64,000 nucleotides of DNA from an uncultured Gemmatimonadaceae bacterium (GTDB lineage Bacteria; Gemmatimonadota; Gemmatimonadetes; Gemmatimonadales; Gemmatimonadaceae). The stretch covers positions 160,001 to 224,000 of the forward strand of contig CAWBOC010000009.1 of the NCBI GenBank assembly GCA_963790305.1, read 5' to 3'. A program made the translations under genes and the position numbers. Shown here piece by piece: positions 60,274-64,000 of this stretch. The notes under the pieces were generated by a model, which had not been told where the DNA came from, did no database searches, and was given only the letters and a program-made list of their open reading frames with translations. Numbering within the stretch: position 1 is the first letter of the stretch; every line of letters begins with the position of its first letter.

Positions 60274-60317
60274 GGTCAGAAATCAGATTTCAGACAAACG
60301 ATCTGAAATCTGAGTTT
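60274..60317. repeat. Minimal inverted NNTCAGA heptamer element (same unit as the four-helix-bundle flanks)
   Basis: ggtcaga-aatcaga-tttcaga-caaacga-tctgaaa-tctgagt-tt. Confidence 0.8.
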
Positions 60318-60347
60318 CCGTGTGTTGACCTTCGACGGCTGTGACTT

Positions 60348-60632
60348 TTAGACGTTGCCGTGCGGGAGTCTCTTTCTGACGTCTCCAGCCCCGCGCGCCA
60401 CTCCGAATCCAACCGCCAGCCCGAACAGCAGCGCCGAGCCCGCGCCTACGAAGGGAACGATCCAGACGATGGGCGCTGCGACCGCGAGGGCAATCCCGCC
60501 AGCAATGAACGGCGCCGCCGGCGAGTGGACCGCATCGACGAACTGAAGACGGCGCCGCACGTACAGGCGCGATTGAATGAACGCGAAGGCCGAAACGACG
60601 ACCGCGCCGACGGTTGCGAGTAGCTCGATCAC
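60348..60632 (-). CDS. Small hypothetical membrane protein
   Basis: GTG start with AAGGAG SD; three hydrophobic segments. Confidence 0.65.
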   Translation of the reverse strand: MIELLATVGAVVVSAFAFIQSRLYVRRRLQFVDAVHSPAAPFIAGGIALAVAAPIVWIVPFVGAGSALLFGLAVGFGVARGAGDVRKRLPHGNV

Positions 60633-60693
60633 GGGGGGACTCCTTGAAAAACGTTGAACCTGCTGACCGTACGCTCGCCGGTGCCTTCTCGTT

Positions 60694-63600
60694 TCACTCG
60701 GGACGCCGGAGGCGGATTTGTACGACCGCGCCGCCTCGCGGGCCGTTCTCGATTCCAATCGTCCCGCCCCAGCCCTCGAGGAGCTGCCGGCTGATCGCGA
60801 GGCCGAGCCCGCTGCCACTCGTCCGCGTCGAGAAGTGCGGCTCGAAGATGCGGGGCAGCACCTCCGGCGCGATACCGTGGCCGTCGTCCTCGACGTCGAG
60901 GTGAACGTGGCTCGTGTCAATGCTCACGCGCATCTCGACACGGTGCGCGTTCGCGAGTCGAGCGTTCTCGAGCAGGTTGATCATCACCTCACGCAGCTCG
61001 TCCTCGCTCGCGAGGGCCAGCGCCGGTGAATCCGCGCCGGTCGCACGCCATTCGATCTCATCGCGGCCAAGACGCTCCAACTCGATGACATCGCGCACGA
61101 CGGCCGCCACGTCCGTCGGCTGCGCCGGCAGGCGCTCTGCGGGGGCTGTCCCGTACCGGCTGAAGCTCCGCGCGATCTCATCCAGGCGATCGATCTCGGC
61201 GAGAATGCGCGCGACGTTACGATCGAGGATCGCGTCGAAGTCGGCGCGCGCGTCCGCGCGCGCGCGGCGGAGGTGCTGGACGCCCAGGCGAATCGGCGTG
61301 AGTGGATTCTTGATCTCGTGCGCGACCTGCCGAGCCATCTCACCCCAGGCGAGCACGCGTTGCGCGCGCGCGAGATCGGTGACGTCGTCCATGGTGATGA
61401 CCGCACCGCCAACGCCGCGCGTGAGACGGGTGAGACGAACGTGCAGCTGACGCTCGCCGAGCGTTTCGTCGAATTCTTCTTCGTCCGCCTCGTGGCTGAG
61501 AAAAGCCTGAACGCGCGTTACCAGCGCCTGGGGAGCGACATCCTCCAAACGGGTCCCTGGTGGGATGCGTTCATTGAGCAGCGCATCCGCGGCGGGATTC
61601 GCGAGGGTCACCGTCATCGACCGGTCCGCGGCGATGACACCGCTCGCAACGTTGCGCAGGATCGCCGCGATGCGCCGCTGCGTTTCCTCCAGCGCGGCCC
61701 GACTCTCGCCCAGATCGGCGGCCATTCGTCGGAACGCGGTGAAGACTGGCGCGAACTCCTCTGGTGGCAGCCCGGTGAGCTGCGGCTCGCGGTCTCCGCC
61801 GGCAATCGCGAGCGCTGCGCTTTGGAGCGAACCGATGGGCTCGGCAAGCGATCTGGCCGCAACACCGCTCAACCAGAGTGCGGCCAGCGCTCCGAGCACG
61901 GTCGCGAACAGCACGAGAACGCCGAGATCGCGTCGTCGCCGCTCGAGCAGCGCCTCACCGCCGCGGGCGGGAGCAGCGAGCACATCGCGCTCCCCGGACG
62001 GCCCGGCGCTCAAGCGGTATCCCACGAGCGTGGACACTCCGCCGACTGAAAGGGTCTGACTCGCGTTCACCTCGCCGCCGAGAGTCAATGCCACATGCAC
62101 ATTGCGCGGGAGAAACCGACCGAACGCCGCGAGCGATTCGTGGAGTGCGGCGCTCGCACGCCGCAGCGCCCCGTCGCGATACAGAAAGAGCGGGGTCTGC
62201 AACCGATCCCCAATCTCGTCCAGCTTCTCGAGATCCTCGGCAGCGGCCCCCGCCCGGAGCGTCTCGCGCACCAGCAGCTCGCGCGATTGGCGTACCTCGT
62301 CCTGGAGCCGCCGGTAGCTCCAGAGGGCGAAGACGCCTGCCGGAATCACGAAGAAGAGGAACAGTGCGACGGTGAGGCGCGCGCGGTACGAGCGCGACCA
62401 CCGTCGCCGCCGTGCGCGGAGCCATCGCCCGAAGGCGCCACCCGGGACGACGCTGACCATCCATAGACCGAGAAGCAGCACCAGGTCGAACAGCACGACC
62501 AGCGTCCCACGCTGCAGCAACACGTCGAGCGAGCGCAGATCGACCTCGATGTGCGCGCGAGCTGGCCCGTTAGGCGTCGCGATGGTCCGGTCGCCGTGCA
62601 GCTCGTTGGCGTCCCGCGACCAGTGCGTCTCTCCTGCCGGCGGCAGCGGAGCGCGCGCGTCGACGTCGGTGAGCGCGAGCGAGTACGGCGGCTCACCGCG
62701 CTCGCGTGGCTCGAGACCCAGCAGCACGGAAAAGGGATCGTCGGGGATGAGCCGCGTACGTGGCTGCACGACCACCGCCGTGACCGTGCCCCCCTCGTGC
62801 GGCACGGCGAGGATGGTGTTCGTACCGGGAATGGAGGGGACGAGTCGCACGACTCTCTCACCGCGGCGGCGCGCATTGGTGACGACGGGCCCCACCTCGC
62901 GTTGATCGACATCGGCCGGCGTGAGCGAGAGCATTGCGCCGGGGAATCCGTCGGGAAGCCAGCTCGACAGCGACGCCGGATACCCTGCACCCGCCAGGTC
63001 GGAGCGCACGAAACGCCGCAGCAGCTCGGCCTCGGTGAGCGGTGGAGGCCCGGCCTCAATCGAATCGGCGAGGCGCTCCAGCAGCGCGACGGGATATGGA
63101 TCGGGCGCGGCGAGATCGCCGACATCGTCATTCGCGAGCGCGACCCGCCCCCGCACGCCTGCACCCCAGGCGAGCGTCGCCGCGCCGAACGCAGCGACGG
63201 TGGCTGCGGTCACGATGAAGGTGACATGCCGGCGCGTGAGGGCGAGTGCTCCGATCGCCGCGATCCAGAGGATCGGATACCACCCGGGCCAGCGACCCGG
63301 TGCGTCCCAGACAACCGGACCAATGAGCGCGGCTAGTGCGGCCAGTGACGGAGCGATTGCCGGATGAAGTCCCCGAGTGGCCCCAAGTACCGCGCCGCCC
63401 GCGGCTGCCGCTCCGAGCAGCAGGGCTGCGGCGGCGAGGAAGATCGCGACTTGCCACGAGAGCCACAGTCCGACCGTGATCCCGGACGCGGGCACCGTGA
63501 CGCCCCGCGCCAGGTCGCGGAGGAGAAACGGACCGAGCGACATGACGACGATCACGATCGCGGCAGCCGCCGGCCTCCACGCGGTGCGTGTCCGTGTGCG

Positions 63601-64000
63601 GAGCACGGTCAGCAGCGCGAGCAGCAGCGTCGCGCTGGAAAGGGTCAGCGCCCCGACGCTGGCAGTGAAAGGGCCGCCAAGCGTCGCCGAGTAGACGGTG
63701 GGATCGAACAGCGAAGTGTCACTCGAAAACGTGCCTAACGGGACGAGCCCCACGCAGGCCAGGGCGACGGCCAGTGTCGCCAGCCGCCAGGTGAGCGATC
63801 GCAGGCGGGCCCACGACGCGGCGAGGAAGAGCACCAGCGCGACCGCCAGCAGGATCGCGCCTCGCTCGCGCGTGCGGTCCAGGGCGAGAAGCGCCGCCTC
63901 GCCCTGGGCGGGCACCAGCGGCCGAACGCGAAAGAGGGTGTCGCCGCCGCGCCCAACGTAGGGAGTGCTTTCGGCAAGCTCCCGCACGGTTGGAAGCGCG
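60694..64000 (-). CDS. Large multi-TM sensor histidine kinase, NtrY-like (5' truncated by window edge)
   Basis: Many TM helices, HAMP, PAS-like region, H-box AWGEMARQVAHEIKNPLTPI, N-box NLLENA, DDGHG, FEPHFST, GSGLGL. Confidence 0.93.
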   Translation of the reverse strand, partial: ALPTVRELAESTPYVGRGGDTLFRVRPLVPAQGEAALLALDRTRERGAILLAVALVLFLAASWARLRSLTWRLATLAVALACVGLVPLGTFSSDTSLFDPTVYSATLGGPFTASVGALTLSSATLLLALLTVLRTRTRTAWRPAAAAIVIVVMSLGPFLLRDLARGVTVPASGITVGLWLSWQVAIFLAAAALLLGAAAAGGAVLGATRGLHPAIAPSLAALAALIGPVVWDAPGRWPGWYPILWIAAIGALALTRRHVTFIVTAATVAAFGAATLAWGAGVRGRVALANDDVGDLAAPDPYPVALLERLADSIEAGPPPLTEAELLRRFVRSDLAGAGYPASLSSWLPDGFPGAMLSLTPADVDQREVGPVVTNARRRGERVVRLVPSIPGTNTILAVPHEGGTVTAVVVQPRTRLIPDDPFSVLLGLEPRERGEPPYSLALTDVDARAPLPPAGETHWSRDANELHGDRTIATPNGPARAHIEVDLRSLDVLLQRGTLVVLFDLVLLLGLWMVSVVPGGAFGRWLRARRRRWSRSYRARLTVALFLFFVIPAGVFALWSYRRLQDEVRQSRELLVRETLRAGAAAEDLEKLDEIGDRLQTPLFLYRDGALRRASAALHESLAAFGRFLPRNVHVALTLGGEVNASQTLSVGGVSTLVGYRLSAGPSGERDVLAAPARGGEALLERRRRDLGVLVLFATVLGALAALWLSGVAARSLAEPIGSLQSAALAIAGGDREPQLTGLPPEEFAPVFTAFRRMAADLGESRAALEETQRRIAAILRNVASGVIAADRSMTVTLANPAADALLNERIPPGTRLEDVAPQALVTRVQAFLSHEADEEEFDETLGERQLHVRLTRLTRGVGGAVITMDDVTDLARAQRVLAWGEMARQVAHEIKNPLTPIRLGVQHLRRARADARADFDAILDRNVARILAEIDRLDEIARSFSRYGTAPAERLPAQPTDVAAVVRDVIELERLGRDEIEWRATGADSPALALASEDELREVMINLLENARLANAHRVEMRVSIDTSHVHLDVEDDGHGIAPEVLPRIFEPHFSTRTSGSGLGLAISRQLLEGWGGTIGIENGPRGGAVVQIRLRRPE

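Noticed and set aside
1..64000. tRNA or rRNA genes, prophage, IS transposase, integrase, defence island
   Set aside because: No recognisable motifs; nearly all the space is accounted for by housekeeping CDSs.

Overview
GC-rich bacterial chromosome segment made almost entirely of housekeeping genes. Gene content and order suggest Gemmatimonadota, but this is inference and was not tested. The window contains rplY-pth-hppA-ychF-rpsF-rpsR-DUF2232-rplI-rsfS, a peptidase/beta-propeller/Omp85 fusion, two SPOR proteins upstream of smc, aroF, lolA, ctpA-tmk-prmC-prfA-rpmE, a Crp/MBL/HD-GYP trio, a split oxoprolinase, lnt, hemL, rimO, yajQ, a short RpoD-like sigma factor, lepB, an aldehyde dehydrogenase, NtrX-like and NtrY-like two-component genes, thpR-larE, ogt, comM, and a TonB receptor/PnuC/NadR-like/NUDIX vitamin-uptake cluster. 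Several conserved genes carry single-base frameshifts, most likely long-read consensus errors. I recognised no rRNA, tRNA, CRISPR array, transposase or reverse transcriptase. The main unexplained signal is a family of nine intergenic elements built from short (7- or 9-bp) tandem repeats arranged as inverted arms, each just 3' of a stop codon. One of them encloses an antisense four-helix-bundle (IVP/Avd-like) gene and the other eight are gene-less, which suggests a small mobile or RNA-level system. Other points of interest: a stand-alone copy of the LarE C-terminal domain, a BY-kinase/MinD-like pseudo-ATPase-TM-SPOR protein abutting smc, a probable CTG start for prfA, and an in-frame TGA in lepB.
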